From NCBI GenBank assembly GCA_965230995.1, contig OZ246398.1:592213-656212 (forward strand): a stretch of 64,000 nucleotides of DNA, read 5' to 3'. Position numbers and translations under genes: made by a program. The notes below the pieces were generated by a model. That model made no database searches, had not been told where the DNA came from, and was given only the letters and a program-made list of their open reading frames with translations. Below, piece after piece: positions 1 through 9,260 of the stretch. The stretch's first letter is position 1, and each line of letters begins with the position of its first letter. The stretch is from an uncultured Candidatus Saccharibacteria bacterium. Lineage in GTDB: Bacteria; Patescibacteriota; Minisyncoccia; Phycocordibacterales; G965230995.

Positions 1-1535
1 AGACTGATGGTGTTATAAGAAAAGAAAGCCAAATTAAACATAACGTGGATGTACACGAAAGATGTGGTACGCCTGTAGAATTTCTACCAACAACACAATG
101 GTTTGTTAAGATCCTTGATATGAAGGAAAGAATGTTAGAGGCAGGTAATAAAATAAATTGGCATCCAGAACATATGAAAAAGAGATATGAAGACTGGATA
201 AACGGTCTTAAATGGGATTGGTGTATATCAAGGGAACGTTTTTATGGAATACCAATACCAGTATTTAACTGTGATAAATGTGACCATATTATGGTTCCTA
301 GCATAGATGAGATGCCAATTGACCCCAAAAAAGAAAAAGATTTACAAGTGTGTCCGACTTGTAAAATTGGTAATATGATACCGGAAAAAAGTGTCTTAGA
401 TACATGGTTTACTTCCGCACTATCCACAGAAATTAATAATAGCCACCCTCTTAATGGAAAATTAAATGGTGAGATGTTTCCTATGTCTATGAGACCACAA
501 GCACATGACATTATTAGGACATGGGCTGTTTACTCTATTTTGATGTCTTTATATAAACATAATAATATTCCATGGGAGAATCTTATGATCTCAGGACATA
601 TATTAGTCCAAAAAGGAGAAAAAATTAGTAAAAAGACAGGTGGTGGAAAATACAAACCAGAAGATTTGATTAATCAAAAATCGGCTGATGCAATAAGGTA
701 TGCTATGTCAGGATCTTCTCTCGGGAAAGACACATATTTTGATGAAAAAGAAGTAGAAAAAGGCAAGAAATTAGTAACAAAACTTTACAATGCAGGTAAA
801 TTGATCCTAATCAAATTAAAAGGTTTCGACTCTAAAATAGAATTAAGAAATACCAATCTAGAAGCAATTGACCAGTGGATATTAAACAGATCGGTTGAGA
901 CTGCCCAAAAAATGGCAGTTGCCCTTGAGAAATATGAATATTCTCAAGCCCGTCAAATATTTGAGGATTTTTTCTGGAGAGAGTTTTGTGATAATTATTT
1001 AGAGATAGTAAAGAAGAGATTATCTATTGAATCAGTAGATGATAAATTAAAGATTTCAGCTCAATACGCATGCTACCATAGTTTCCTCAATATTCTAAAA
1101 ATGGCATCTCCTTTTATTCCTCACATAACAGAGGAGATGTTCCATGCAGATATTGTAACCAAAAAAGAAGGTGATAATACCGTAGAATCGGTCAATTCAA
1201 ATAGTAGTTCTGGTTATTTTAGCACATACGAAGGTATAAAAAGTATTCATAATACTTTATGGCCTTCTGTTAAAATAGAATATACTAATGATAAAAATGG
1301 AGAGAACGCAGATTTTGTCTTATCTGTTATCTCCGAAATAAGAAAATATAAGACTGATAATAAAATAAAATTAGGTACACCTGTCTCTGTTCTAAAAATA
1401 AGATGTTCAGAATTACAGAAAACGATGCTAAACGATTTTTTGAATGACATTGCTTCGTTATCTAGAGCAGAAAAAATTGAAATTGAAGTTGATAATTCAG
1501 ATAGTAATCAAATAGGTATTGAAATTACTTTATAG
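1..1535 (+). CDS. valS: Class I aminoacyl-tRNA synthetase, C-terminal portion. Most likely valyl-tRNA synthetase, 5'-truncated by the window edge.
   Basis: The frame is open from nt 3 with no upstream stop. Motifs seen: WDWCISRERFYGIPIP, LDTWFTSAL, and a KMSKS-like 'KISKKTG'. These fit ValRS better than IleRS or LeuRS. Confidence 0.7.
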   Translation, partial: TDGVIRKESQIKHNVDVHERCGTPVEFLPTTQWFVKILDMKERMLEAGNKINWHPEHMKKRYEDWINGLKWDWCISRERFYGIPIPVFNCDKCDHIMVPSIDEMPIDPKKEKDLQVCPTCKIGNMIPEKSVLDTWFTSALSTEINNSHPLNGKLNGEMFPMSMRPQAHDIIRTWAVYSILMSLYKHNNIPWENLMISGHILVQKGEKISKKTGGGKYKPEDLINQKSADAIRYAMSGSSLGKDTYFDEKEVEKGKKLVTKLYNAGKLILIKLKGFDSKIELRNTNLEAIDQWILNRSVETAQKMAVALEKYEYSQARQIFEDFFWREFCDNYLEIVKKRLSIESVDDKLKISAQYACYHSFLNILKMASPFIPHITEEMFHADIVTKKEGDNTVESVNSNSSSGYFSTYEGIKSIHNTLWPSVKIEYTNDKNGENADFVLSVISEIRKYKTDNKIKLGTPVSVLKIRCSELQKTMLNDFLNDIASLSRAEKIEIEVDNSDSNQIGIEITL

Positions 1536-1555
1536 CCTTAAATCATCAAAAATCA

Positions 1556-1585
1556 TTGACAAAATGATATTTTTCGTGCTATAAT
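1556..1585 (+). promoter_or_regulatory. Sigma70-like promoter: TTGACA, 18-nt spacer, TATAAT.
   Basis: Near-consensus -35 (1556-1561) and -10 (1580-1585). A GGAGGTG SD lies at 1620-1626, 5 nt before the ATG at 1632. Confidence 0.6.
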
Positions 1586-1631
1586 ATAAAAGGAAACTAA
1601 ACAGAGCAAGCAAACCTACGGAGGTGGTCAA

Positions 1632-2207
1632 ATGGACCTGACAATTTTGCTTGGTGTAATTGTGGGTGTTGTACACCTTGCTGGGTACTGGTTCTACCAC
1701 AAAGCTCAAAGGAAATCAGGAATCAAACCTGACCAATCGAGCTGGCTGATGTGGGCGGGAGGGAGTATTCTCAATCTGATCTCGTACTCAAAGATGAGTG
1801 GGGATTGGGTGAAGGACATTCTTCCTGCTGTCTGTGCCTTTGCGTGTATCATTTTGTTTGCTGAGCAGTGCTATCTGTTTGGCTTCAAAAAGATACCGCT
1901 CAAGGACATTCCGAGCTTCCTATGTGACCTAGGTGCAACTATGGTCTGGTACATTGCAGGTTCACCGCTCGTCGGTAACATTGCTTATCAGATTGCTACG
2001 GTTGCAACATTTGTACCTATCATTAGGGAGACAAGACGTGAGCCGATGTGCGAGGATCGATTGCCATGGATGACATGGTCAATCGCCTACGGTCTTGATG
2101 TGGTTCTGGTCATAACACGATGGAATCAGTGGGGTGATGTCGTTTATCCGCTGGTCTGTCTCGTGTTGCATATTCTAATGGCTGTCTCTGCAAAAAAAAA
2201 GCAGTAA
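1632..2207 (+). CDS. Polytopic membrane protein of unknown function, in a GC-rich stand-alone cassette.
   Basis: About six hydrophobic segments. Strong SD. GC-richer than its neighbours. Own promoter and terminator. Confidence 0.6.
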   Translation: MDLTILLGVIVGVVHLAGYWFYHKAQRKSGIKPDQSSWLMWAGGSILNLISYSKMSGDWVKDILPAVCAFACIILFAEQCYLFGFKKIPLKDIPSFLCDLGATMVWYIAGSPLVGNIAYQIATVATFVPIIRETRREPMCEDRLPWMTWSIAYGLDVVLVITRWNQWGDVVYPLVCLVLHILMAVSAKKKQ

Positions 2208-2218
2208 CAGAGTTGATG

Positions 2219-2260
2219 CCGGCACGCCCTTGAGAAAGGTGTGCCGTTGTTGTTTTTTTC
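2219..2260 (+). terminator. Rho-independent terminator.
   Basis: ggcacgcc...ggtgtgcc stem followed by a T7 run. Confidence 0.55.
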
Positions 2261-2294
2261 ATCATATCGTTTATAATTTATATACATAACTATC

Positions 2295-2813
2295 ATGCCT
2301 GAAAATTCAGAAAAAGAAACACATATTTATTCAGCTAAAAGTAATATAGCTGGAAAGGGATTATTTACTTCAAAATTTATTAAAAAAAATGAACTTGCTT
2401 TTGTTATGCAAGGACCAATTATTAATTACCACCCAATAAACAAAGAGGAGGCTTGCCAATTACCAAACATTGTTGGTATTGAGAAGGATAAATATATTGA
2501 CCCAATTGAACCGTATGTTTACATTAATCACTCTTGTGAACCAAACCTTGCATATATCGTTGTAGATAAAAAACCACATTTTTATGCTCTTAGAGATATA
2601 GATTTAGGAGAAGAACTTACCTTTGATTACTCTATTTCAGAATATTCAGATTGGGAAATGACATGTAGTTGTGGATCAAAAAAGTGTAGGAAGGTTATTA
2701 AATCTGTAGAAAAGCTTCCTGTCGATTTTTTTGAACAATATTTTCCTTTTATTCCAGAATTTTTTCAAAAGGTCTTTTTTAATAACTATATAAACGCAAA
2801 AGATGAAAAATAA
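2295..2813 (+). CDS. SET-domain protein (putative protein lysine methyltransferase).
   Basis: NHSCEPN and ELTFDY motifs, plus a post-SET CxCGSKKCRK. Confidence 0.75.
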   Translation: MPENSEKETHIYSAKSNIAGKGLFTSKFIKKNELAFVMQGPIINYHPINKEEACQLPNIVGIEKDKYIDPIEPYVYINHSCEPNLAYIVVDKKPHFYALRDIDLGEELTFDYSISEYSDWEMTCSCGSKKCRKVIKSVEKLPVDFFEQYFPFIPEFFQKVFFNNYINAKDEK

Positions 2814-3138
2814 CAAGTGGTTAAAATATACAATCGTCCTCGCGATATTTTTATTGGTATTTTGTCTTTCTTATTATTATCTTTCTCTCAAGAAAGATTT
2901 TTTTGTAATAATGAACGTCCCATGTGAGCAAGGTGATCCAGACGGTAATTGTTTTGTAAATGAAGATGATAACGGAGAAATTTTTCATTATAAGTTATTA
3001 AAAATAAAAGCAAGTGACATGCCAACATGCTCAGGATCTGAATGTGAATTTCCAAAGTGTGATAATGAGACTGCTGACTGTAGTTATGAATATTGTGAAG
3101 CTGGTAATGAGGATGGCTATATTTGCCTAGAAAAATAA
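2803..3138 (+). CDS. Small Cys-rich protein with an N-terminal TM or signal anchor.
   Basis: N-terminal hydrophobic helix followed by about ten Cys in an acidic domain. Sits between two SET genes. Confidence 0.45.
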   Translation: MKNNKWLKYTIVLAIFLLVFCLSYYYLSLKKDFFVIMNVPCEQGDPDGNCFVNEDDNGEIFHYKLLKIKASDMPTCSGSECEFPKCDNETADCSYEYCEAGNEDGYICLEK

Positions 3139-3139
3139 T

Positions 3140-3607
3140 ATGAAAAAGATTTTTTCTTCAAAAAGTAGCATAGATAAAAGCGGAATTTTTGCTGGAGAAA
3201 ATTTTAAAAAAGGGGAATTTGTAGTAAAATTAACTGGAAAATATATTAAATGGAAGTATAATGAAAAGACAGACAGACAAAAATGCGCTAACTGGTTCGG
3301 AATAAAAAAAGACCATTGGATTGATCCAGACTTTCCATTGTCACAGATTAATCATTCATGTGATCCGAACATCGGAATTAAAGGTAGAATTATGTTCTAT
3401 GCTTTGCGCGATATAGGAAAAGGAGAAGAACTAACTTTTGACTATTCTACAGCTGAGGAGGAATCGGATTGGCAGATGAAGTGTAAATGTAAGTCAAAAA
3501 AATGTAGGAAGTTTGTTACCTCAATAATGTTTCTGCCTGATAAGGTTTTTAGATCATATTTACCATTTATACCAACATATTTTAAAAAATTGTATTTTAA
3601 AAAGTAA
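3140..3607 (+). CDS. SET-domain protein, paralog of 2295-2813.
   Basis: NHSCDPN and ELTFDY motifs, plus CKCKSKKCRK. Confidence 0.75.
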   Translation: MKKIFSSKSSIDKSGIFAGENFKKGEFVVKLTGKYIKWKYNEKTDRQKCANWFGIKKDHWIDPDFPLSQINHSCDPNIGIKGRIMFYALRDIGKGEELTFDYSTAEEESDWQMKCKCKSKKCRKFVTSIMFLPDKVFRSYLPFIPTYFKKLYFKK

Positions 3608-3616
3608 ATAACAAAA

Positions 3617-5281
3617 ATGTTTGATTACCTTTCGTGCAATTGGGACAAAGCAAAGTACATGTTTTTTTCTGATAATGTATATGATCCATTAATCTATTAC
3701 TCTCACATTCTTCCGCTTGTTGTTTCGCTCCTTCTTGCTTTTTTTGTTTTTATAAATAACAGAAAAAGTAAAATTAATTTGTCTTTTTTTGTACTAAATA
3801 TATGTTTTTCAATTTGGGTTGGTTTTGATCTAATATTGTGGTCATCAGAAAAACCCGATTTAATAATGTTCTTTTGGTCAATAATTGTTCCAATAGAGTT
3901 ACTAGTCTTTACATTTTCAGTTATATTTAGTCAGGAATTTTTTAATCTAAAATTATTCAAGAAGGTTAATAAATATCTGATTCCGATATTATTTATCCCT
4001 ATATTATTATTTACTCATACTAAATTTAACCTTGTTGCATTTGATTACACGAATTGTGACAGAGGCGCAATAGAAGGTGTGTTAATTACCTATCTTTATG
4101 CTGTAGAAATTTTAATGTTTGTTATGTTGATTATTGATTTTGTATACACATCGTTTCGTAAAAATAATTTTATCGAAAAACGTGTTCATTTTATAGCATC
4201 ATTAGGAATTCTTATATTTTTAGGAATATTTATCGTCGGTAATCTGTCTCTTTTGAGTGACATGGACTGGAGATATGAACAATATAAATTGTTTGGAATG
4301 CCTATATTTCTTGCTGTGATATCTTTTCTTATTGTAAGGTTCAAAGCCTTTAACGTTAAATTGCTTGGTGCACAAGCGCTCGTTGTTGCTCTTGTAATAT
4401 TGATTGGTTCACAATTTTTGTTCATTAGAACAAACATAAATCGTGTACTTACTTCAGTTGCTCTTGTATTTACTGGCGCAATCGGCATAAGCCTCATTCG
4501 TTCTGTTAAAAAAGAAGTAAAGGCACGTGAAGAAATTGAAAAAAGAGAAAAACAGCTGGAGATTGTTAACAAACAGCTCGAAATTGCAAACGAAGGACAA
4601 TCGAATCTTCTTCACTTCATTACTCATCAGGTCAAGGGATATTTTACAAAGAGCCGAAACGTTTTTGCTGAATTAAAAACTGGCGAATACGGAAAGCTAC
4701 CAGATCAGGCAGAGACGATGATTTTTGAAGGCTTTCGTTCTGCGACCGAAGGTGTTGACCTTGTTCAAAATGTTCTAAACGCTGCAAATATTGATAGGGG
4801 AACAATGAAATACAACAAAGAAGATGTGGATTTGAAATCTATTTTAAGGGATGTCATTAGACAAAAAGAAACTTCTGCAACAGAAAAAGGTCTTTCAATT
4901 AAAACAAATATAGGCGATGGGAATTTCAACATTCACGGTGACTCTCTTCAGCTAAAAGAAGTTATGAAGAATTTAATTGAAAACGCAATCAGATATACTC
5001 TAAAGGGTGGTTTGGAAGTTAACTTGAGCATAAACGATCATATGATTTTGTTTTATGTAAAAGACACTGGTGTTGGTGTGTCTGCAGAAGATATGCCAAA
5101 GCTATTTAAAAAAGGTGGACACGGAACTGATTCAACGAAAATCAATCCAGAAAGTACCGGATACGGTCTATATATCGTAAAAGAAATTGTCGAAAAAGCC
5201 CACGGCGGTCGCGTCTGGGTAGAATCCGAAGGAAAAGGCAAGGGTTCAACATTCTTTGTGCAATTGCCAACAGGGAAATAA
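3617..5281 (+). CDS. Sensor histidine kinase with a polytopic N-terminal membrane domain.
   Basis: About 7-8 TM segments. H-box ITHQVKG, N-box LIENAIRYT, G-boxes DTGVGV and GYGLYIVKE. Confidence 0.8.
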   Translation: MFDYLSCNWDKAKYMFFSDNVYDPLIYYSHILPLVVSLLLAFFVFINNRKSKINLSFFVLNICFSIWVGFDLILWSSEKPDLIMFFWSIIVPIELLVFTFSVIFSQEFFNLKLFKKVNKYLIPILFIPILLFTHTKFNLVAFDYTNCDRGAIEGVLITYLYAVEILMFVMLIIDFVYTSFRKNNFIEKRVHFIASLGILIFLGIFIVGNLSLLSDMDWRYEQYKLFGMPIFLAVISFLIVRFKAFNVKLLGAQALVVALVILIGSQFLFIRTNINRVLTSVALVFTGAIGISLIRSVKKEVKAREEIEKREKQLEIVNKQLEIANEGQSNLLHFITHQVKGYFTKSRNVFAELKTGEYGKLPDQAETMIFEGFRSATEGVDLVQNVLNAANIDRGTMKYNKEDVDLKSILRDVIRQKETSATEKGLSIKTNIGDGNFNIHGDSLQLKEVMKNLIENAIRYTLKGGLEVNLSINDHMILFYVKDTGVGVSAEDMPKLFKKGGHGTDSTKINPESTGYGLYIVKEIVEKAHGGRVWVESEGKGKGSTFFVQLPTGK

Positions 5282-5389
5282 AATAGTGAGGAATTTAATC
5301 TTACGTATATGCAATCATTTTTGCTACAAAATATTATTAAATATATAATATAGTAGGCAAGGCTCGTTCGGTGAAAGGAGGTGATCTAG

Positions 5390-5515
5390 ATGGGAAACAA
5401 AACTGGCAATCGCGGAACGCCAGTTCCAGGCACTGGGTCGAAATCGACTAAGAACGTCAACAAGTCGAGCGGCTCCAAACAGTCTGGTACTTCCAGCAAG
5501 TCGGTAAGGAAGTAA
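5390..5515 (+). CDS. Small basic Gly/Ser/Lys-rich peptide (41 aa), paralog of 8295-8444.
   Basis: AGGAGGTG SD 6 nt before the ATG. Peptide is MGNKTGNRGTPVPGTGSKS.... It shares N-x4-N-x-RG-x-PV-x-GTG with the second peptide while the DNA diverges at synonymous sites. It falls below the ORF-track length cut-off. Confidence 0.5.
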   Translation: MGNKTGNRGTPVPGTGSKSTKNVNKSSGSKQSGTSSKSVRK

Positions 5516-5521
5516 CATCCC

Positions 5522-6856
5522 TTGTCAGAGCCGACATACTCCAAGTCTAACCCTTGCTCTGGTGGCACCTTGCCACCAGTCTCTTTAATATCAAACATGA
5601 ATAACGAAGATAGACAATCTTTTAGTCAGACAAAACTAGAGAACGGTATCTCTATCTATTCTCATAGAATGGACATGCCGTTTTTTGAGTTGAGAATTAT
5701 AATCCAAGTTGGTAATGTTCATTCACATTCTAAAAATAAATATGGAGAAAATGGTATTGTACATCTGCTCGAACATTTGGTATTTAATAAATCTAAAAAA
5801 TATCCAGAAAAACACTCGTTTGAAAAAAAATTAGCTCAATATGCGGGCACCTTTAATGCAACTACATATGCTTGGCAAACAGAATTTATAATATACGGAC
5901 CAACAATTTATTTTAACGAACTTGTAGGTGGAGTAATAGACCATATTTTTTTTCCTGTGTTTGACAACGATGATATTCGTCACGAGTCAAAAATAATTTC
6001 AAATGAAAGGAATGAGAGAAAATATTATCCAGGACAAAATAGCATGTCTAAGTATATGTTTACGGAATGGATTAATGACGAATCATACAGCAAAAATCAA
6101 TTATTTGGTTCTGACGAGAATCTCTCTGAAATTGATTCAAGGCAATTATCATCATTTCACAATGAACACTATCTCCAAGATAATACAGAGATAATAATTG
6201 GTGGAAATTTTAATATAGATTTTTTAATTAATCAGCTTCAAAATATTGGAACAAAAAAATCTAATCTTGTAGCAAATTGCAGTCCGACAAAATGGAAGAA
6301 AAAAGAATTTCATACTCATACAGATAAGGATACTGACATGCCACTTTGGGTTATTGGTGGAATTATTGAAAAAAGTAGTCCAAGTGAAAGAGTTTGTTTT
6401 GATGTACTACATAACTATTTAACAAACGAAAAGCACGGCCCAATTTATGATTGGCTTAGAAAAGAAAAAGGTTGGATCTATGGTATGGATTTTGGTTCAA
6501 ATTTTGATGCCAAAAGATTTCTTTGGCACGCAACGATACCTTTTGCTAATCAAAATGACATAGTCATAGCAAGAAAAGATTTTGATAATAAAATTATTGA
6601 TGCAATTTGTGATCAAAACAGAATTGAGATTGAAATCAACAGGCAACTAGCAGAAAGGGTTTTCTTTTATCAGACATTGGGTAGTCGCATGGACACAGCA
6701 TCATATTCTTTGTTTGCAAATAAAAAAATTATTACTGAGTCTGAGTATGTATCTTATATCGAAAGTTGTAGATCAAAAAAAATTTTACTTGATATTTATA
6801 AAAAGTACTTATCACCAGAAGTTAGGAGTGATTTTATCACTATTTCAGAAAAATAA
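5522..6856 (+). CDS. M16-family (pitrilysin/insulinase-like) zinc peptidase.
   Basis: Inverted zinc motif HLLEHLVF (HxxEH) followed by YAGTFNATTYAWQTEF. The real start may be the internal Met near 5597. Confidence 0.75.
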   Translation: MSEPTYSKSNPCSGGTLPPVSLISNMNNEDRQSFSQTKLENGISIYSHRMDMPFFELRIIIQVGNVHSHSKNKYGENGIVHLLEHLVFNKSKKYPEKHSFEKKLAQYAGTFNATTYAWQTEFIIYGPTIYFNELVGGVIDHIFFPVFDNDDIRHESKIISNERNERKYYPGQNSMSKYMFTEWINDESYSKNQLFGSDENLSEIDSRQLSSFHNEHYLQDNTEIIIGGNFNIDFLINQLQNIGTKKSNLVANCSPTKWKKKEFHTHTDKDTDMPLWVIGGIIEKSSPSERVCFDVLHNYLTNEKHGPIYDWLRKEKGWIYGMDFGSNFDAKRFLWHATIPFANQNDIVIARKDFDNKIIDAICDQNRIEIEINRQLAERVFFYQTLGSRMDTASYSLFANKKIITESEYVSYIESCRSKKILLDIYKKYLSPEVRSDFITISEK

Positions 6857-6904
6857 TCCATGTGGATAACCGAGGGGAAATGGGTGTGGTAGAATTCCTC
6901 GGGT

Positions 6905-7768
6905 ATGGAAACAAATATTTTTGGATATTTAGCAGTACTGGCTTTCGTAATGGTAGCAAGTGGCGCATTTTTTAAAAGAAAGATCGTTAGGCTCGAAAAA
7001 GAAGTTCACAATAAAGAAAAAGAATTGGAGTTGGCTTTGGTCAGAGTGAGGGAAGTTGATCAATTAAAAGACGACATTGTTTCTCTTGCGGCACATCAAA
7101 TCAGATCACCGCTTGTCGCCATTAGAGGCTACGCTTCAATGATAGCCGAGGGTGATTTTGGAAATGTTGAAATGAATGTTCAAGACGCAATTCAGAGAAT
7201 TTCTGATTCGAGCAAGAATTTGATGAACATAGCAAATGAATTTCTCGATATTTCTCATATAGAAGAGGGGAGAATAAAATACAATCTAAAAGAATTTGAT
7301 TTAAAGCATACTCTAACTAGAATCTGCGAAAAATATGAAAAGAGGATAAAAGAAAAAGGTCTTGATTTTAGTTTTGATTATGAAAAAAATCTTGATTACA
7401 TGGTTTTTGCAGATAGAGAAAAAATAAAAAGAATAATACAAACAGTTGTTGAAAACGCCATTAGATATACTCGTGAAGGGAAAATAAAAGTCTCGCTATC
7501 CTCTGGTAATGGAAAAGCAATTGTTTCTGTCACTGACACTGGAATTGGTATTAGCAAAAAGGATAGCAATAGGATTTTCCATAGATTTGCAAGGACAAGT
7601 AATGCCAGCAGAATAGATACAACAGGAACTGGAATCGAGCTCTATATCGCAAAAGAGATGCTTCACGCTCAGGGCGGGCATATTTACGCCATATCAGAAG
7701 GTTCAAACAAGGGATCAACATTTGTGATTGAAATAAAGCTTGCAAGTAATATCGGTAGCCAAAAATAG
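6905..7768 (+). CDS. Sensor histidine kinase (single TM, coiled coil, HisKA plus HATPase_c).
   Basis: LAAHQIRSPL H-box, VENAIRYT, DTGIGI, GTGIELYIAKE. Confidence 0.8.
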   Translation: METNIFGYLAVLAFVMVASGAFFKRKIVRLEKEVHNKEKELELALVRVREVDQLKDDIVSLAAHQIRSPLVAIRGYASMIAEGDFGNVEMNVQDAIQRISDSSKNLMNIANEFLDISHIEEGRIKYNLKEFDLKHTLTRICEKYEKRIKEKGLDFSFDYEKNLDYMVFADREKIKRIIQTVVENAIRYTREGKIKVSLSSGNGKAIVSVTDTGIGISKKDSNRIFHRFARTSNASRIDTTGTGIELYIAKEMLHAQGGHIYAISEGSNKGSTFVIEIKLASNIGSQK

Positions 7769-7792
7769 AGTCTTTCTGATATAATTATCCAA

Positions 7793-8233
7793 ATGAAAAA
7801 GGACTATTCGTTTGGAATCATCCCCTTCTGTAAAAAAGAAGAGGAGGCTTTATTTTTAATTGTTAAACATTTTGCGGGTCACTGGGGTTTTCCCAAGGGC
7901 CACAGAGAAGGGAACGAGACTGATATCGAAACAGCAAAAAGGGAATTTTGTGAGGAAACTGGAATATGCGAATTTCAAATAATTTCTGAAAAACCTTTTG
8001 TTACCGAGACATATAAAACACATCATCCGGTATTAAAGGATATGGAGAAAACTGTCTGCTATTACCTAGCAGAAGTTTTTAATGAAAAAGTTTGTTTACC
8101 AGAAGAAGAAATAGTTGATGCAAAATGGTGTGGTGTGTCTATTGCAGAAGAGACTTTGACGCACGAAAGGACTAGAGAAATACTACGCGATGCACACAAA
8201 CACCTTGTTGATAGCGGTGTTATTGATTTATAA
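7793..8233 (+). CDS. NUDIX hydrolase.
   Basis: Nudix box GHWGFPKGHREGNETDIETAKREFCEETG. Confidence 0.75.
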   Translation: MKKDYSFGIIPFCKKEEEALFLIVKHFAGHWGFPKGHREGNETDIETAKREFCEETGICEFQIISEKPFVTETYKTHHPVLKDMEKTVCYYLAEVFNEKVCLPEEEIVDAKWCGVSIAEETLTHERTREILRDAHKHLVDSGVIDL

Positions 8234-8294
8234 TTTATTTGTGGTATATTAAAAAAGGAGTCGACAACAACCAACCCGGAAAGGAGGTAAGAAA

Positions 8295-8444
8295 ATGTCG
8301 AACGTAAAAAGTTCTAATGGCAGGGGTAAACCTGTCGCCGGCACGGGAAGATGTAAACCATCAACCCACGGCAAGAAAAGATACTGGCGAGACCACTGTG
8401 GCCCTTACAAGCCCAGAGCTCCCAAGCATAATCATAATGCTTGA
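8295..8444 (+). CDS. Small basic peptide (49 aa), paralog of 5390-5515.
   Basis: AAGGAGGT SD at 8281-8288. Peptide is MSNVKSSNGRGKPVAGTGRCKPSTHGKKRYWRDHCGPYKPRAPKHNHNA. GC-rich patch. Confidence 0.5.
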   Translation: MSNVKSSNGRGKPVAGTGRCKPSTHGKKRYWRDHCGPYKPRAPKHNHNA

Positions 8445-8499
8445 TATTTGTGCTTATAATGATTGAGTAAGATTTACATCATCATTTCAACATCAACCC

Positions 8500-8519
8500 G
8501 GCGCCGTTTCCACGGCGCC
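8500..8519 (+). promoter_or_regulatory. Perfect 7-bp GC hairpin (ggcgccg-N6-cggcgcc) immediately upstream of the methyltransferase start.
   Basis: Inverted repeat with no following T-run. Possible attenuator or RBS-occluding structure. Confidence 0.3.
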
Positions 8520-8529
8520 ACAACCATAT

Positions 8530-9219
8530 ATGGAGAACCAATTCGACAAATGGGAAAACGAATACAGAAATCCTGTATTCCTCACAAAAGATGAAAAGCC
8601 ACAGTCAGACACTGTAAAATTTTTTCGTTTTCTAAAGAAAAATAAAATTGATTTAAATAATAAAACATTGATGGATATTGGATCCGGTACTGGTAGAAAT
8701 GGTAATTTTTTCGCAGAAAAGGGTGTGATTGTAACCGGAATTGAATTATCGAAAACCGCTGTATCTATTGCAAACGAAAGATCAAGAAATTTTAATTTAA
8801 ACGCAAAATATATTCTCGGAAGTATTGGAGAAACTTTTCCCTTTGAAAATGACAAATTTGATATTGCGCTGGATGTAATGTCTTCTAATTCGCTTTCAGA
8901 ACAAGAAAGAGAAATTTTTGTAAAGGAACTCCTCCGTGTTTTAAAAAAAGATGCTTTTGTATATATAAAAGCACACTCTAAGGATGGAGATAAAAATGCC
9001 AAAGAATTATTAAAGAAATTTCCAGGCAAAGAAAAAGACACCTACACAATGCCTCAGACTGGAATCACAGAAAGAGTTTTTACTGAAAAAGATTTTATAG
9101 ATACATACACAAAAGGATTCAAAATTTTAAAATTGGATAAAAAATCAAACTATTTTGGAATAGGAGATAGAAAATATAAAAGAAACTATTTTGTTTGCTA
9201 TATGCAAAAGATTGGCTAA
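8530..9219 (+). CDS. Class I SAM-dependent methyltransferase.
   Basis: Motif I LMDIGSGTGRNG and a Rossmann-type MTase layout. Confidence 0.7.
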   Translation: MENQFDKWENEYRNPVFLTKDEKPQSDTVKFFRFLKKNKIDLNNKTLMDIGSGTGRNGNFFAEKGVIVTGIELSKTAVSIANERSRNFNLNAKYILGSIGETFPFENDKFDIALDVMSSNSLSEQEREIFVKELLRVLKKDAFVYIKAHSKDGDKNAKELLKKFPGKEKDTYTMPQTGITERVFTEKDFIDTYTKGFKILKLDKKSNYFGIGDRKYKRNYFVCYMQKIG

Positions 9220-9260
9220 TTTCTATGGAAAGACAAAAATAAACCTGCTATTATATAAAT

